From contig OZ025663.1 in NCBI GenBank assembly GCA_964019335.1, positions 124,001 to 188,000 of the forward strand: a stretch of DNA of 64,000 bases. The letters run 5' to 3'. Below, one piece after another: positions 30,715 through 45,967 of this stretch. Source of the DNA: Diplonema japonicum (lineage: Eukaryota; Protista; Euglenozoa: Diplonemea). The notes under the pieces were generated by a model that saw only the letters and a list, made by a program, of their open reading frames with translations, was not told the origin of the DNA and searched no databases. Position 1 is the first letter of the stretch; the number at the start of each line of letters is the position of its first letter. The position numbers and the translations under genes were made by a program.

Positions 30715-33700
30715 ATGACATCCTCGAAAGAGGTTTTCGATGCAGCACGGAAGTACATTTTGAACAGAGTTGCGGACACGCTGGCTGTGGTGAGCGCTGC
30801 GCCAGACGCACCACCTGAAACGGGGCTGAAAGACACGCTTAAAGAATTCGAGGCTGTGATAGAGGGAAAACAAGAATACGAGAAACTGCTAACGAATTTC
30901 CTTCGAGGCACGGAGACCAATGAAGAAGGAAAGGTGAAGGCTGCACCGAGCGTCCTGCTGTTCTTCCACGATTCAGAAAAGAAAGAAATGGTTCTCTCCG
31001 CCACCCACGCGTCGCACCTGAGGACCCGTGGTGCGTACGCAATTCGAAACACCCCGCCTGACCCGAAAAAAAACCTGCCAAAACCAGTCAGCGTTAAAGA
31101 AGTTGACTTCATGCAAGAAATCACAATTGGTGTCTTGGAGGTCAACGAGAAGAACAAAGTCACATTTTTGGATTTTCACAGGCAAATGTTGGAGTCGATT
31201 TACCAACCGGTTCTAAGACGGCAGGCGAAGTGGGGCAAAGCAAGCGAGCAGCAAAAAGACCAATTTCAACTCTGCATCCAAGACCATTCCGAAAAACTAG
31301 ACGAGCTCATGACCGACGAAATCGACGCAGAACGCGTGGCCATGCCAGAGAGCTCCTTCATGAAAGCCATCCCCGCAGGGGTTAACTACACAAAAGCGTC
31401 AAGCGATGTAAAACTAGTACGACATTTCGAATCGTGCATTGAGAACTGGGTCGGTGTGTCGGTACGCCTTATCGAAGAACGGCCACGGCACGCTGACCAA
31501 GAACCGCAAAATATACCCGAAGAAGTCGGGCCGATAACAGAACTGAGATGGTGGAAGGAACGGTGTGCGAAGTTTAACACGCTGACAGAACAGCTTGCCG
31601 CACCCGAAGTTAAGACGGTCATAGGTGTGCTTGGAGCAGCGCGGTCAAATTGTGTGAAGCAATGGCGTGAGATCGACACCAGGCTGACCGACGCGTCCAA
31701 CGAGGCGAAGGAGAACGTTCGGTACCTGTCGTCTCTGGAGAGCTATTTCGAGGCGCTTGAGAAAGAGTCCCCCACCGTCATCATCAACCTCCTCCCTGCC
31801 CTGGTCAACAACATCAAAATGATGTACACCATCGCCAGATACTACAGCACAGAACAGCACATGATGGTTCTGTTCTGTAAAATCACAAACCAGCTCATTC
31901 TCGCCTGCAAGAACGATATCCGACAACATGGTAGCCAGTCTGCTGCACACCTATGGAGCCAAACTACAGACGCGGAACAATTACGTGCTTTGATTGAGAG
32001 ACTGCAAGCTTGTATTGCTTTAAATACTAGGTACCAGGAAGAGTTCCAGAAGGCGTCTGAGAGGTTGAAGCAGAAGGCTGATGGGCCTCAGTTCTCCTCG
32101 CTCAACATTCTGCACATTTTCGGGAAGTTTGAGCTGTTTTGCAAGCGTGTTCATAAGCTGATTGAAATCTTCGACACGATTGAGCAGTTTCAGTCTCTCA
32201 GCGAGTACAACATCGACGGGATGAAGTCACTCATTGATAGGTTCTTCGACCACGTTGAGGAGTTGAAAAAGAAAGCCTCGCATGACCCCCTCGACCAGTC
32301 CACGCCCACCTTCGACAAGGCCTTTATTGAGTTCAACAAAAACATTGCTGAGCTGGAGTGCTCGCTGCAAGTCTTCATCAACAGCAGTTTCGAAAACATC
32401 ACCTCAACTGAGAACGCGCTCGCCCTCCTCAAAAAGTTCCAGCTCATCCTCAACAGAAAAACCCTTCGAAGCGACCTTGAGTCCAAGTACATGGTGATTT
32501 TCCACAACTACGGACTCGACTTGGAAAACGTACAAAAAACGTACGACCGACAAAAGCAAAACCCTCCCATGGTGCGGAACATCACACCAGTCGCAGGGTC
32601 CATCACATGGGCAAGGCAGCTCCTCAGGAGGATCGAGTCACCTATGCAGAATTTCAAAGAAAACAAAAGCATCATGGGGTCGCAGAAGGAGTCCAAGAAG
32701 ATCATCAGAACGTACAATAAAATCGCCCGTGCGCTGATCGAGTTCGAGACTGTATGGCTGAACGCATGGAAGCAGTCCATCGACAATATGAAGAGCGGGC
32801 TGAACGCCACCTTGCTAGTCCGGAACGAAGGGAAGCTGTACGTGAACTTCGACATTGAAATCCTGCAACTGATCAAGGAAGCGAGAGCGCTTATGAGGAT
32901 GGACGTACCTATCCCCGGGAGTGCGAAGATGGTGCTCATGCAAGAACAGAAATTCAAGACCTTCCACGGGCAGCTGACACATGCTATCAAGGAATACGAC
33001 AGAGTAGTGTCGCGCATAATCCCTGTCACACGGAACCTCATGACAAAGAATCTTGAGATCCTCGACAGCATCATGCGGCCAGGTGAGATCTCCCTGACAT
33101 GGACTTCGATGAACATCGATGGGTACATCAACAGAGTACACACGGGGTTGCATCGCCTTGACGTTGTCGTCACGCAGGTCAACAACATTGTTCAGAACCG
33201 AATCCAAGCCAACCTGAAGTTCATTAGCTCTACGTTGCTGGTGAACCTCCCCGAGAACCAGTCCTTCTCGCTGGAACAGTTCGTCTCCCTGCAAGAGAAG
33301 CACATCAAATCACAGTCCGAGCTCATGGACATCAAGAACTGCGAAGTTGAAAAGGCTGCTGAGGACGTTATCAACGCCATCCTCGCGGCGCAGAAGCTTC
33401 CCGGTGATGAAATACCCACCAAGGAAGAGTCTATGGCGGAGGTCACTACTCTTAAGTCGCATTTCAACAACCTGATGTTCAAGGCTATACTCACGACGAC
33501 CACACGCTCCCTCAACCTGATCAAGAAACGAGTCGGCACACGTGGCAACAGGACAGACTTCATGCAGGTCGGGAAGCCCTTCTTCGATGTCAATGTCGAA
33601 CTGTCGCCACCACACGTGCTGCTTCACCCATCCCTCGAAGAGGTGCAAAAAGCCATCAACCAATCTGCCACTGCGGTCTTGAAGTGCTCCAAGTACATCA

Positions 33701-36700
33701 GCCCCTGGGAAGGTGTCGACGGGTCGGAAACCTTTTTCGAGAAGATCGCAAAGAACAAGGAGATCGTCAAAGTTGTACTGCTGCTGACGGGTGGAATCCA
33801 CGGCCTCAACAAACAGGTGATGGACTACCTCAACTCATTCAAGCGGTACGAGTACCTGTGGATGGACGACAAACAGGAGGAGTACGAGAAATTCCTGGAA
33901 AAACAACCCACCCTTGCCATGTTTGAGCAGGAGCTGAAGAGGTACAAGGCCGTTGAGGACGATGTGGAAGGGATCCAACCTAGCTACGTGATCGGGTCAC
34001 TCTCGCTGGACACTGCGAGGTTGAAGATGTCCTTGAAGCGTGAGGCGCAAGACTGGAAGTCTCAGTACGCTAAGAACCTCCACCAGCAAGCTAGCAGGGA
34101 CCTTGCTAGGATCCAGACCCAGATGGACGAGAATGACAAGGCGCTGCAGAATGACATCAAAGAGGAAGATTCCCTTGAAGACCTGCGAATGATGATGTAC
34201 ACGTTGAGGGAGATCAGGGAACGTGAATCGGAAGTGGACCTCCTGTTCGACCCTGTGCAGGAGAACTATGCAATGCTAAAGGGGAACAATGCGCAGATCC
34301 CGAAAGACGAGGAGGAGCAAGTGGGCGAGCTGTGGCACCATTGGAGGAACCTGCGCCAGAAAGCACAGAAGAGGAACGACGAAATCTCAAAGCTGCAGAA
34401 CGGCTTCAAAGCACGCCTCACACGAGAGGTCGATATCTTCCAGCACGTGGTGGTCTCCTTCAGGAAGGACTTCGACGAGAACGGCCCCATGTGTGAAGGC
34501 ATCTCGCCCAGTGATGCAATGGAACGGCTGAACAAGTACCAGCGTCTCTTTGAAGACCACAAGCGGTCCTGGACGACATTCCAGGCAGGCGAGGAGCTTT
34601 TCGGGATGCCTGTCCACCAATACCCCGAACTGGTGCAGACAGAGAAACAACTTGGTCTTCTAGAGAAGCTGTACCTGCTTTACGTGAAGGTTATCCAGAA
34701 GATCAAGGGGTACGCAGAGACCCTGTGGGTGGAGCTCAAGCAAGGTGGGGGTAAGGGGTTCGCTTCTTTGGTGGAAGAGGTTAACAGATTCCAACTTCAG
34801 GCACAAAAGCTACCCAAGGCACTGAAGACGTGGGACGCATACTTGGAGTTGAAAAAGTACATTGACGACTTCCTGGGGCTGGAAGAGATGATCTCTGCCC
34901 TTGCGCACCCTGCCATGCGCGAAAGGCATTGGAAGACCATCATGCAAATCACGGCAACAACGTGGAAACTGGATGAGGATCTTTTCAAGCTAGGGAACAT
35001 CTTGGAGGCGAAGCTACTGAACTTCGAGGAAGAGGTGCAAGACGTGACAATGTCTGCACAAAAGGAAGCTGACATCGAGAGGAAGTACAAGGAAATCGAG
35101 AGAAACTGGAAAGACACGGAGCTGATGTTCGGCGAGTTCAAGCACAGAGGTCAGCTGGTGCTGAAGGGTGAGGAGACCAACCTAATCAAGGAGTCGCTGG
35201 AGGAGTCCCAGCTCCAAGTGGGATCGATGCTTGCCTCGCGATTCGTTGCACCATTCAGAGAAGAGGTCACAGAATGGATGACTAAACTATCAAGCGTGAG
35301 CGAGAAGCTTGGTCTGTGGCAGGAAGTGCAGTCGGCGTGGGTGTGGCTCGAGGCCGTCTTTGCAGGCGGTGACATCATGAAGCAGCTACCCGCCGAGGCG
35401 AAGAGGTTCGCGCAGATCGACAAGACTTGGGTGAAGATCATGACGAAGGCGGGTGAGCAGAAGAATGTCATCGGCTTCTGCTACGACAACGAGCTGCTCG
35501 ACCTGCTGCCGAATTTGAAGGATCAATTGGATCAGTGCCAGAAGCAGCTGCAGTCGTACCTTGAGACTAAGCGACGTGCCTTCCCTAGGTTCTACTTCGT
35601 GTCTGAGACAGTGCTCCTTGACATCCTGTCGCAGGCGTCTGACCCCACCGCCATCCAGGGCAACATCCAGTCGATCTTCGACGGTGTCACAAGCGTCACT
35701 TTCGAGAGGTTCAAGCCAGCCAAAGGCGAGACAGGGTCCGGCGTTATCAAGATCACATGGCTCCACTCCCCCGAGGGAGAGAGTTTGCAGCTTCTTGAGC
35801 CTGTGCCCTGTGTTGGGAACGTGGAGTGCTGGCTTCTCGCCCTTGTTGACCAGATGTGCGTAACTGTAAAAGAAGTTGCTAAGAGGGCTGCCGCTGAGAT
35901 CCCGACGCTGCAAGGGAACTTGAGACACTTCGAAGGGTGCTTGAAGACGTACGTGGCGCAGGTGTCCCTTTTGATTGTGCAGATGTTGTGGACGCAAGAC
36001 GTGCAGGACTTCCTACAGGGCTCAAAGAGCGAGCAGAAGGCACTGAGGGAGTCGTGCGACAGGCGTATCAGCGATCTTAAAGACATGCTTATCGAACTAA
36101 CCCGCACGGACCTTGCAAAGATGGAGCGTGTGAACGTCGAAACGCTTATCACCATCCACGTGCATCAGCAGGACGTGTGGGCGAAGCCTGTTGCGAAGGG
36201 GGACGTGCCTTTGAAGAAGCTCCGCGACGCCACGTCGTTCGACTGGCTGAAACAGGCGAGGTTCTACTTCCGACCTGAGAAGGAGGAGGTAATCATCCAA
36301 ATCGCTGACGCGGATACCTTGTACTGTAATGAGTATCTGGGCGTAAAAGAAAGGCTGGTCATCACACCACTGACTGACAGGTGCTACATCACACTGTCGC
36401 AGGCGCTGGCCATGAAACTGGGTGGTGCTCCTGCTGGCCCTGCAGGTACAGGTAAGACAGAAACCACAAAAGACTTGGCGAGAACATACGGGAAGCTGTG
36501 CATTGTGACTAACTGCTCCGACCAGCTTGACTACAAGGCGATGGGGAAGATCATCAAAGGGTTGTCGCAGGCTAACGCGTGGGGGTGCTTCGACGAGTTC
36601 AACAGAATCGACCTTCCGGTGCTGTCCGTTGTCGCACAACAGGTGCAGAGTGTGCTCAATGGGCTCAAGGCACACAAAACAGAGTTTGTCTTCCCCGACA

Positions 36701-39700
36701 AGGACATCGTGGGGCTGAAGCCTGGTGTTGGTTTCTTCATCACCATGAACCCGGGTTACGCTGGACGACAAGAGCTGCCTGAGAACCTTAAGATCCTCTT
36801 CAGAGGTGTGACTATGATGGTTCCTGACAGGCAGGCCATCATGAAGGTCAAACTGGGTGGTCAGGGGTATAAGGAGGACGAAATCCTTTCGCAGAAATTC
36901 TATCTCCTGTACAACCTGTGCGAGCAGCAGTTGTCGAAGCAACGCCACTACGACTTCGGTCTCAGGAACATCCTCTCTGTGCTGCGTACGGCTGGGTCGG
37001 TGCTGCGCAGGGCCGCCGTGAAGGACGAGATGTACCTCTTCATGAGAACGCTGCGCGACATGAACATGTCAAAGCTGGTGTTCGATGACATCGACTTGTT
37101 CAACTCACTGCTGGAGGACTTGTTCCCGAAGAAGAACCCCGAGAAGAACGTTTACGTAGAGGTTGAGAAAGCACTGAAGTTCCATTGTAATGAGAACGGT
37201 CTCATCTTCCACCCACCGTGGGTGGCAAAGTGTATCCAGCTTTACGAGACGAAGTTGGTGCGCCACGGGCTGATGGTTGTGGGGCCTGACGGTGTCGGGA
37301 AGACCATGATCTTCTTGATGGTGCTGAAGTCCTTGTGCGACATCGACGAGAAGCTTGGCGGGATGAAGCACAATGAAATGAGGATGAACCCGAAGGCCAT
37401 CACGGCGCCGCAGATGTTTGGCAAGCTCGACGCCGGCACTGGCGATTGGCACGATGGGATCTTCTCGTCGCTGTGGCGTCAGGCCTGTGCGAAGACAAGA
37501 AAGCAGGACGGGAAGAAGCCTGCATCTGTATGGTTAGTGTGTGACGGGCCTGTGGACGCCATTTGGATCGAGAACCTGAACACTGTCCTCGACGACAACA
37601 AGCTGTTAACCCTCGCGAGCGGTGACAGACTGAACATGACTGAGAACATGAAAGTCTGCTTCGAGCCAGAGAATCTGAACAACGCCTCGCCCGCCACTGT
37701 ATCACGCGCCGGTATCATCTACGTTTCCGACGCCGAGCTTGGTGGGGCCATCGGTAGAGGAGAGTGGAAACCTTGGGATCCTGTCATCCGTGCCAAGCTT
37801 TACGCAACAAGGAAGGAAGAACGCATCGTGCCGTGCGACTGTCCTGTTGTCCTTTCTAAAGAAGTCAGCGACATGTTCATGCACCTTTACGAGAAGCATG
37901 TCGACGCCGCCATCAAGTTCTACACGAAGGAGTGCAATGTGATTATGAGCTGTGGGTGCGCGCACCAGCTCATCAACTCCTACTTCTTACTTGTTGCCCT
38001 CCTCGACGACGTTGAGGGTATCCCTTCAAAGAGCTTGGCTGAAAAACTCTTCTGGTTCGTCCTGTCGTGGTCGCTGGGTGGCCTGCTCGAGTCCTTCGAC
38101 AGAGAGAAGTTCCATGATGGGTTCGTGAGGCCAAACTGTAAGAGCTTGCCCGACGAGGACACTGTGTTCGAGTACAGAGTGGACGTGAAGTCTGACAAGT
38201 GGATCCACTGGAACAGCATTACCAGCGACTGGAAGTACCCAGGTGACGCGAAGATCTCGGAAGACTTCGCAACACTGTTCATTCCCACCCTTGACTCGAC
38301 GCGTCTCAACTTCCTTATGTTGATGAACTTCGTTAACAAGCGTCCCTTCCTGCTGATGGGTGGCTCCGGTACTGCTAAGACAGTCACTATCGAGAACTTC
38401 CTGCTAGACGTTGGGAACTGCGAGCGCATCGACCAAGAGGCACGCGACCTCATGACCTTCAAGAAAATCAACTTCTCGTTCATGACCAGTCCAGGGTTGT
38501 TCCAAGCTGCTCTGCAGGACTGCGTGGAGAAGAGGCAGGGTAAGTACTATGGACCGAAGAGGAATAAGAAGCTGACACTATTCATCGACGACACAGCGAT
38601 GCCTGAGATCAACGAATGGGGCGACCAGATCACTAATGAGATTGTGCGGCAGGTTGTCGAAGAGCACAGACTGTACAGCTTGGAGAAGCCAGGCGAGTCC
38701 TTCCACCTTGTGGACATGCAATACGCAGGCGCAATGGCCATCCCAGGAGGTGGCAAGAACGACATCCCAAACAGGTTGAAACGCCACTTTGCTGTGTTCT
38801 GCGTCCCGCTGCCGTCTGATTCGTCGTTGCAGCAGATCTTCGGTGTCATCCTCTCCAGCAGGTTCCACCAGTCGGGTGCTGATGGTAGCTACACCCAGGC
38901 AACGAAAGACGTGGCCGACCAGGCGACCAAGATGTCCATCGCTTTCTGGAAGAAGATCCAAGCCAAGATGCTCCCCACGCCTGCTAAGTTCCACTACAAC
39001 TTCAACTTGCGTGACTTAACGAACATCGTACAAGGCATCTGCAAGACAGAGAGATCCACCATCAAAGACGAGTACTTGCTAGTTAACCTGTGGAAGCACG
39101 AGTGCTGCCGTGTGTTCTCAGACAAGTTAAACGCAGATGGTGACAAGGCTTGGTACGACAAGACAGTCAACCAGGTAGTGCAGGAATTCTTGGGCGACCA
39201 GATCATGCAGCAATGCGAGCAGCCCACGTACTGGTGTGACTTCCTGCGGGAGGTAGAAATAGGCGACGATGAGGACGCGGAGCCTATGGAACCGCCGCAG
39301 ATCTACGAACCTGTCGATACGATGGAAACCCTGCGTGGGAAGCTCGAGGTAAGGATGAGCAGGTACAACGAAGCTTCGGAGAACAAAACGCGCAAGCTGT
39401 CGCTAGTGCTGTTCGATGCAGCCATTAAACACGTTGTGAGGATCACAAGAGTGCTCACAACCAAGCGAGGGAACATCCTGCTAGTGGGTGTTGGTGGATC
39501 TGGGAAACAATCCCTCACAAGGCTGTCTGCAAGTATCCACGCGTACAAGACTTTCCAGATCACCGTCTCGAAGAACTATGGTATCAACCAGCTATTCGAC
39601 GATCTGAGGGAGCAATACTCATACGCTGGCACCCGAGGGCAGGTCTGCTTTATCTTCACAGACAGCGAAATTAAGTCCGAACAGTTCTTGGAGTACATCA

Positions 39701-42700
39701 ATGGGTTCCTGTCGTCTGGGGAGATCCCAGGCTTGTACTCAACTGACGAGAAAGATTCTAGCATCAACGATATCCGTATGACAGCAAAGAAAGAGTGCGG
39801 GAGGGACTTCCAAGACACTGGCGAGTGGCTGTGGAGATATTTCGTGAACAAGGTTCGATCCAACCTTCACTTCGTGCTGTGCATGAGTCCCGTCGGTGAC
39901 AAGTTCAGGGTAAGGGCCAGGAAGTTCCCTGCCCTCATTTCTGGTTGCGTCATTGACTGGTTCTTCCCATGGCCAGAGGCGGCCCTCTTGGATGTTTCGA
40001 AGCAGCGTATCGGATCCTTCAAAATGGAAACCGACCAGCAGACAAAACAAAGGCTCATGGAATTCATGGCTGCCCTGCACAGGCTCATGCTTCAAATGTC
40101 TGTCGAGTACTTCACACGATTCCGACGCTCTGTCTTCAGTACCCCCAAGTCGTACCTGTCTTTCCTGGAGGCCTACATTGTTGTCTACCAAGAGAAGTTC
40201 CAGCAGATCAACGTTCTTGCTGAGAACATCGGTGGCGGTCTGAAGAAGCTCCACCAGGCGGGTGAGGATGTGCGCCTCATGAAGATCAATCTTGCCGAAA
40301 AGGAGGTTAACCTGCAGCAAGCGACAAAAGAAACAGACGCTCTGCTTTTAGAAATTACAGAAGCGACGGGAGTGGCTGAGAAGAAGGAAAGCGAAGTCGG
40401 GGCTGTGAAGGAGATGTTGTCCCACGACGCGAAGAAAGTGCAAGCTGTGAAGGATGACGCCGAGCAGGACTTGGCTGCGGCACAGCCCATGCTTGAAGCA
40501 GCGAACAAGGCATTGGACTCAATCGACCCCAAAGCCCTCCAGAACGTGAAGAAACTGTCGAACCCGCCAGCCTTGGTGAAGAGGATCCTCGACGGTGTGT
40601 GCATCCTACTGCACGACCCGATGGAGAACAAGCACTGCGAAGCGGTGCCCGAGAAGGGCGGTCTGTGGATCAAGGATTCGTGGGAAGCAGGGAGGCGCTT
40701 CCTTTCGGACATGAAAGCCATCGACAGATTAATCGCCTTCAAGGGAACTGAGGAAGGCGGCCAAGGAAAGAAGGATCAGATTAACGAGGAAACATGTGAA
40801 CTACTGCTGCCTTACCTATGCATGGAGGCGTGGAGTGCGGAGCAGGCCACCAAGTCAGCGAAGGATGTCGCAGGAATGTGCATGTGGGTGCGTGCGATGT
40901 ACGACTACATCGGTATTGCGAAGTTCGTGCAACCTAAGATGGAAACGCTGAGGGAGGCGGAAGCACAGTTGCGTGTTGCGAACAGGAAGCTCGATGAGAA
41001 AGAGGCAGAGCTATCTTTGGTGCAGGAAGACCGTGCAAAGTGCCAGGCGAAGCTTGACAGCGCAAAGTCGAAGAAGCAGGCCTTAGAAGACGATGCTCTG
41101 GCGACGAAGAAAAGAATGGACGCCGCCAACGGGCTCATCGACGCTTTGTCAGGCGAACGTGAGCGCTGGACGACGCAGAGCAACGAGTTCAAGGAACGTG
41201 TCAGGAAGCTTGTCGGTGATGTGGCGCTCAGTTGCGCCTTCATTAGTTACTGCGGGCCTTTCAATGCGGAGTTCCGTCACACCCTGCTGAACGAGCACTA
41301 CTACAACATGTGCCTGAAGCTGAAGATTCCCGTCACAGAGAACATCGGGATCGTGAAGTTCTTGACAACAGAATCACAGATCACTGACTGGCAGATCGAG
41401 GGGCTCCCCTCTGACGACCACTCTGTACAGAACGCCATCATGATCACTTCCAACTTGGGGAACAAAAAGACTGGGAAATATCCTTTGATCGTGGATCCGC
41501 AAGGGCAGGGTTTGAAGTGGCTGCGGTCGAGGTACGCTTCCGGTGTGATCGTGACGCAGTTCACGGACAAGAAGTTCGGAGACCACCTTGCACGCCAGTT
41601 GCAGGACGGGAAGTGCCTCATCGTCGAAAACGTGACAGAGGACATCGACCCCATGATCGACCCAGTGCTGGACAAGGCTATCGTGCGTATGGGCAGAATG
41701 CAGAACATCATCATCAATGACAAGCCGCACGACTTCGACGATGAGTACAAGATGGTGATGACGACTAGGTTACCCAACCCGCTATTCACGCCTGAGATGT
41801 TTGCCAAGACGTTGGTCATTGACATGACTGTCACCATGCAAGGACTGGAACAGCAGTTGCTGGGTCAGGTCATCGGGAAAGAGAAGAGCGAGCTTGAAGA
41901 GGAGCGAGCGAAGCTGATTGAAGAAGTCAACAACAACGAGAAGCGTCTGAAGGAGTTCGAGGACAGGCTGCTTGCACAGCTCGCCGCGTCGAAAGGCAAC
42001 CTTATCGACGACGACGACCTGATCGCCACTCTTGCAGACGCAAAGAAGGCTTCTGCGGAAATTAAGGAAAAACTGGCTGTCGCACAGGAGACAAGAAAAC
42101 GCATCAATTCTGCGTCCGAGGAGTACCGTCCTGTGGCCCTGCGCGGGTCTGTCTTGTATTTCCTTATCGTCGACATGTCCAATGTGTCCAACATGTACCA
42201 AACGTCGTTGCCGCAGTTCCTCGGCCTTTTCCACGATGCCATCAAGCACTCCGAGAAGGCACAGCTCACCACCAAGAGAATCAACAACATCATCTCCCTG
42301 ATGACTAAGGTCGTCTTTGAGTACATGACGCGTGGGCTGTTCTCCGCCCATAGGCTCCTCTTCGTCCTCACAATGGCCTGCAAGATCAAGCTCCACACCA
42401 GGGACAACACCAAGCTGTCCCATGAATCCTTCCAAACCCTCCTTAAGGGTGGTGCAGCACTGTCCATCGCAGAGTCGAGAGTGAAGCCCAACCAATGGCT
42501 GCCCGACAAGGCATGGCTTAACGTCATTGCCCTGTCTGATGGGGCTCCAAAGGCCTTTAAGATGCTTCCCGACTGCATTGCGCGTTCCGAGCGTGCCTGG
42601 AAGGAGTGGTATGACATTGAGGCGCCTGAGAGCACACCGGTGCCGGAGATTGATGACAAGCTGGAGCCGTTTGACCGCTTGCTTGTTGTGAGAGCCCTGC

Positions 42701-44739
42701 GTGAAGACAGAGCCATGCTTGGCGCCCTGAACTACGTGTCGAACATCCTCGGGAAGGACTACGCCGAGCCGCTGCAGCTAGACTTCGAACAAGTGATCGA
42801 CACCACTACTGGCCTGACGCCCATCATCTTCTTGCTCAGTCAGGGGTCCGACCCGTCCGCCCTGATCGAGGCCTCTGCTAAAAAGAGGAAGAAACAAATC
42901 ATCCCACAAGGAGGTATCTCCATGGGACAAGGCCAGGAACAGGCTGCCATGGATGCCACGCTGACGTCATTCCAAGGCTCGGGCGAGTGGGCACTGCTCC
43001 AGAACTGCCATTTAGGGCTGACCTTCCTTGCAGACTTGGAGGACACTTTAGTAAAGTTTGACCCCGAGGCCATTGGTGAAGAGGCAAGAGTGCTCATCAC
43101 AAGCGAGCCGCATCCTAAGTTCCCCATTGGGCTGCTGCAGATGTCCATCAAACTGACGAACGAGCCGCCGCCGGGTATTAAGGCGGGCATCAAGAGGTCG
43201 TATGGGTGGTTCAACCAAGAGATGCTTGACAGCTACAGAAGGCCAGAATGGCGCCCGATGCTGTTCGCGCAGTGCTTCATTCACTCGAATGTTGTGGAGA
43301 GGAGGAAGTTCGGGCCGATTGGGTTCTGCATCCCGTACGAGTTCAACCAAGGCGACTGGCAGGCCAGCGTGCAATTCCTGCAGAATCACATGGCGACCAT
43401 CGGGGACGACGTGAAGAAGGGCGCACAAGTGTCGTGGATCACAGTGCGGTACATGATCTCCGAGATCCAGTACGGCGGCCGTATCACAGACACAAAGGAC
43501 AGGACAATGTTTAACACTATTTGCGAGGTCTGCATGAGCGACAAGATCTTGGCCCCTGAATACAAATTCTACACGTTCCCTGGGGGGAACCAAGGGTACG
43601 GGATACCCATGTTCGAGGAATACGCCAAACACAAAGAATACCTTGACGGCTACCCTGAGGTGGACCCGCCGGAGGTGTTCGGACTACACAGCAACGCCGA
43701 TATTATTTACAGAACAAGACAATCACAACAGACGTTGGGAACCATTCTGGACATCCAGCCGCGTGGGGCCGGCGCAGGCGGTGGGAAGTCACCCGATGAG
43801 ACTGTGATAGAGCTTGCAGACGACTTTTTAAAACGTCTTCCTGTAGACTGGAAGCTTGACGCAGTGCGCGACCTCATGAAAAAGATTAACGCAACCCTCC
43901 CGCTGAACATCTTCTGCAGACAGGAAATCGAAAGGTTGAACGTGTGCATCAAACTCATCAGAACCACCTTGAAAGACCTAAAACTGGCCATCGCAGGTGT
44001 TGTCGTCATGTCCCCGCACTTACAAGAAGCAAGGGATAATTTATATGACGCGAAAGTACCTCCGAAGTGGGTGATCGTATCATGGCCAAGCGCAACAATG
44101 GGACTGTGGTTTGAAGAAGTTCTAACAAGGCAGCGGCAGCTTGATTCCTGGAGCAAGGAAGACCGCCCACCAAAGTTCTGGCTCACAGGTTTTTACAACC
44201 CCCAAGGGTTTTTAACATCAGTCCGGCAGGAGGTCACCCGTGCTCATAAGAATGAAGGCTGGGCTCTCGACGATGTCGTTCTACGCACAGAAGTCCAGAA
44301 AATGGAAAAACACGAAGTCGACCGTCCGCCTTCAGAAGGGGTTTATGTGTTTGGGCTATATCTTGAAGGTGCAGGATGGGACAAGGGAAAACAGCGTCTT
44401 AAAGACCCTCTTCCCAAGGAATCTCCTAAAGAACTACCGGTCCTCTACGTCACTGCCGTTCAAGGTGACGATGGTAAGAAGCAGCCGGGCCAGCAACGGA
44501 ACAAACAAGTATGGGGAGTTTAAAATAAATAAATAAAATAAAAAAAAAGGTCATTAACAAATTCGACTGTCCTGTGTACAAGTACCCCAGGAGGAATGAC
44601 ATCAACTGGATTTTCGACGTGCAGTTGAACTGCGAAGAAGAAAAGCATCATTGGCAGGTATTGTTTATTATTATTATTATTTTTTTTTTAATTATACCAA
44701 CAGCTCCGTGGTGCTTGCTTGTTGTGCACGGTCGAATAA
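30715..44739 (+). CDS. Axonemal outer-arm dynein heavy chain (Chlamydomonas gamma / DNAH5-DNAH8 type); exons 30715-44508, 44550-44657, 44704-44739
   Basis: P-loops GPAGTGKT, GPDGVGKT, GGSGTAKT and GVGGSGKQS, plus CFDEFNR and AGSITWARQL. Two 3' introns (41, 46 nt) restore the conserved end CPVYKYPRR..HWQLRGACLLC. Confidence 0.95.
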
Positions 44740-44873
44740 GATTGAAAATGAGTTTTTTTTTGTCCCCCTCCCCCCTTTTTTTTCTTTTTGATGTTAATAA
44801 TTTTTGATTACACCCAAGGGGGGGGGAGAAAGAAAAAAAAGCAACTCAAGTCAACATTTTTTTCTTCTATCTG

Positions 44874-44916
44874 GGCGTCCTGCCACATACCGCAGGTGTC
44901 TCTTTAGGTGTCTCTT
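44874..44916. repeat. Dispersed stem-loop repeat, copy 3 (variant with tandem AGGTGTCTCTT)
   Basis: GGCGTCCTGCCACATACCGCAGGT core is identical to copies 1 and 2 and is followed by GTCTCTTTAGGTGTCTCTTT. Confidence 0.85.
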
Positions 44917-45180
44917 TTTTTTTTCTATTCATTCTTTCTTTTATTAAAAAAAAGTAAAAGGGGGCTTTTTTTTTTCTTTTAAAAAAAAACTCCCGGGAGG
45001 GAGAGGATAACCTTATTTTTTTATTTTTTATTTTGTTACGTGGGATATCCCCCCCCCCCCCCCCCCCTCTTCCCCCCTCTCCCTTTGATATCCCCCACCC
45101 CATAATAATATTTTCTTTTTTTTTCTCTCCTTTTTCAAAAAAAAAAAAAAAAAAGCACCTAAAAAAAAAAAAAAATTAAA

Positions 45181-45834
45181 ATGTATGCCACAGACCTACC
45201 GTGCGATGAGAACACAAATGTGATGGCACAATTGACAGAGTTTTTCGCCACTAAGTTGGTGAAGAAGGGGATGCGGCAGGTGGAGCCGTTCGAGGACCCG
45301 ACACTTCGGCAGTGCATTTCCGAGTTTCGTGAAGTTGTAAGGACTGTGGTCCAGGGAGGGCTGGTCTTGGCGTCTGAGTGGGAAACTAATTGCGAAACTT
45401 TCAGCAATAAGTGGATCACCCTCAGCCACTGGGTCTGCCCTGTGCGACTGGCCGAGTTCGTTAAGGAATTGGGGAAAAACTGGGAATGGGAAGGCACACT
45501 AACGGAGAAGAAAAAAACCCCACCCAAAGACTTCATCAAAAAGAAGGAAAAGAAGGACAGAGTCACCGCAGAGCAAAAAGTGTACCATTGCCCTCTCTGC
45601 AATATTCACTGCAATTCCCAAGCTCAAATGACGATCCATCTGAAGGGGTCTAGACATGCAGAATCTACATCTTCGACTGCGTCGATCTCCTCTCAAAGTT
45701 ATGAAGTTTCTTCAGAAGACGACAGTCTATCTGAATCGCAGGATGAAACGAGAACTCCAAAGGACGACGCTGGGACCTATGATTTGGAGCTTTTGCTCCA
45801 CAACGTGAAGCTGACCCTTAATGGGATGAACTAA
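45181..45834 (+). CDS. Matrin/U1-type C2H2 zinc-finger protein
   Basis: YHCPLCNIHCNSQAQMTIHLKGSRH. Confidence 0.75.
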   Translation: MYATDLPCDENTNVMAQLTEFFATKLVKKGMRQVEPFEDPTLRQCISEFREVVRTVVQGGLVLASEWETNCETFSNKWITLSHWVCPVRLAEFVKELGKNWEWEGTLTEKKKTPPKDFIKKKEKKDRVTAEQKVYHCPLCNIHCNSQAQMTIHLKGSRHAESTSSTASISSQSYEVSSEDDSLSESQDETRTPKDDAGTYDLELLLHNVKLTLNGMN

Positions 45835-45936
45835 AAATAAAAAAAAAAAAAATATTTTTCTGAAAAAAGGAATGAGTAAAAGAGCGGAAGGGAGAATACA
45901 AGGAGATTACAAAAGAAAGGGGGAAAGAGTTGGGTA

Positions 45937-45967
<31 letters not shown>
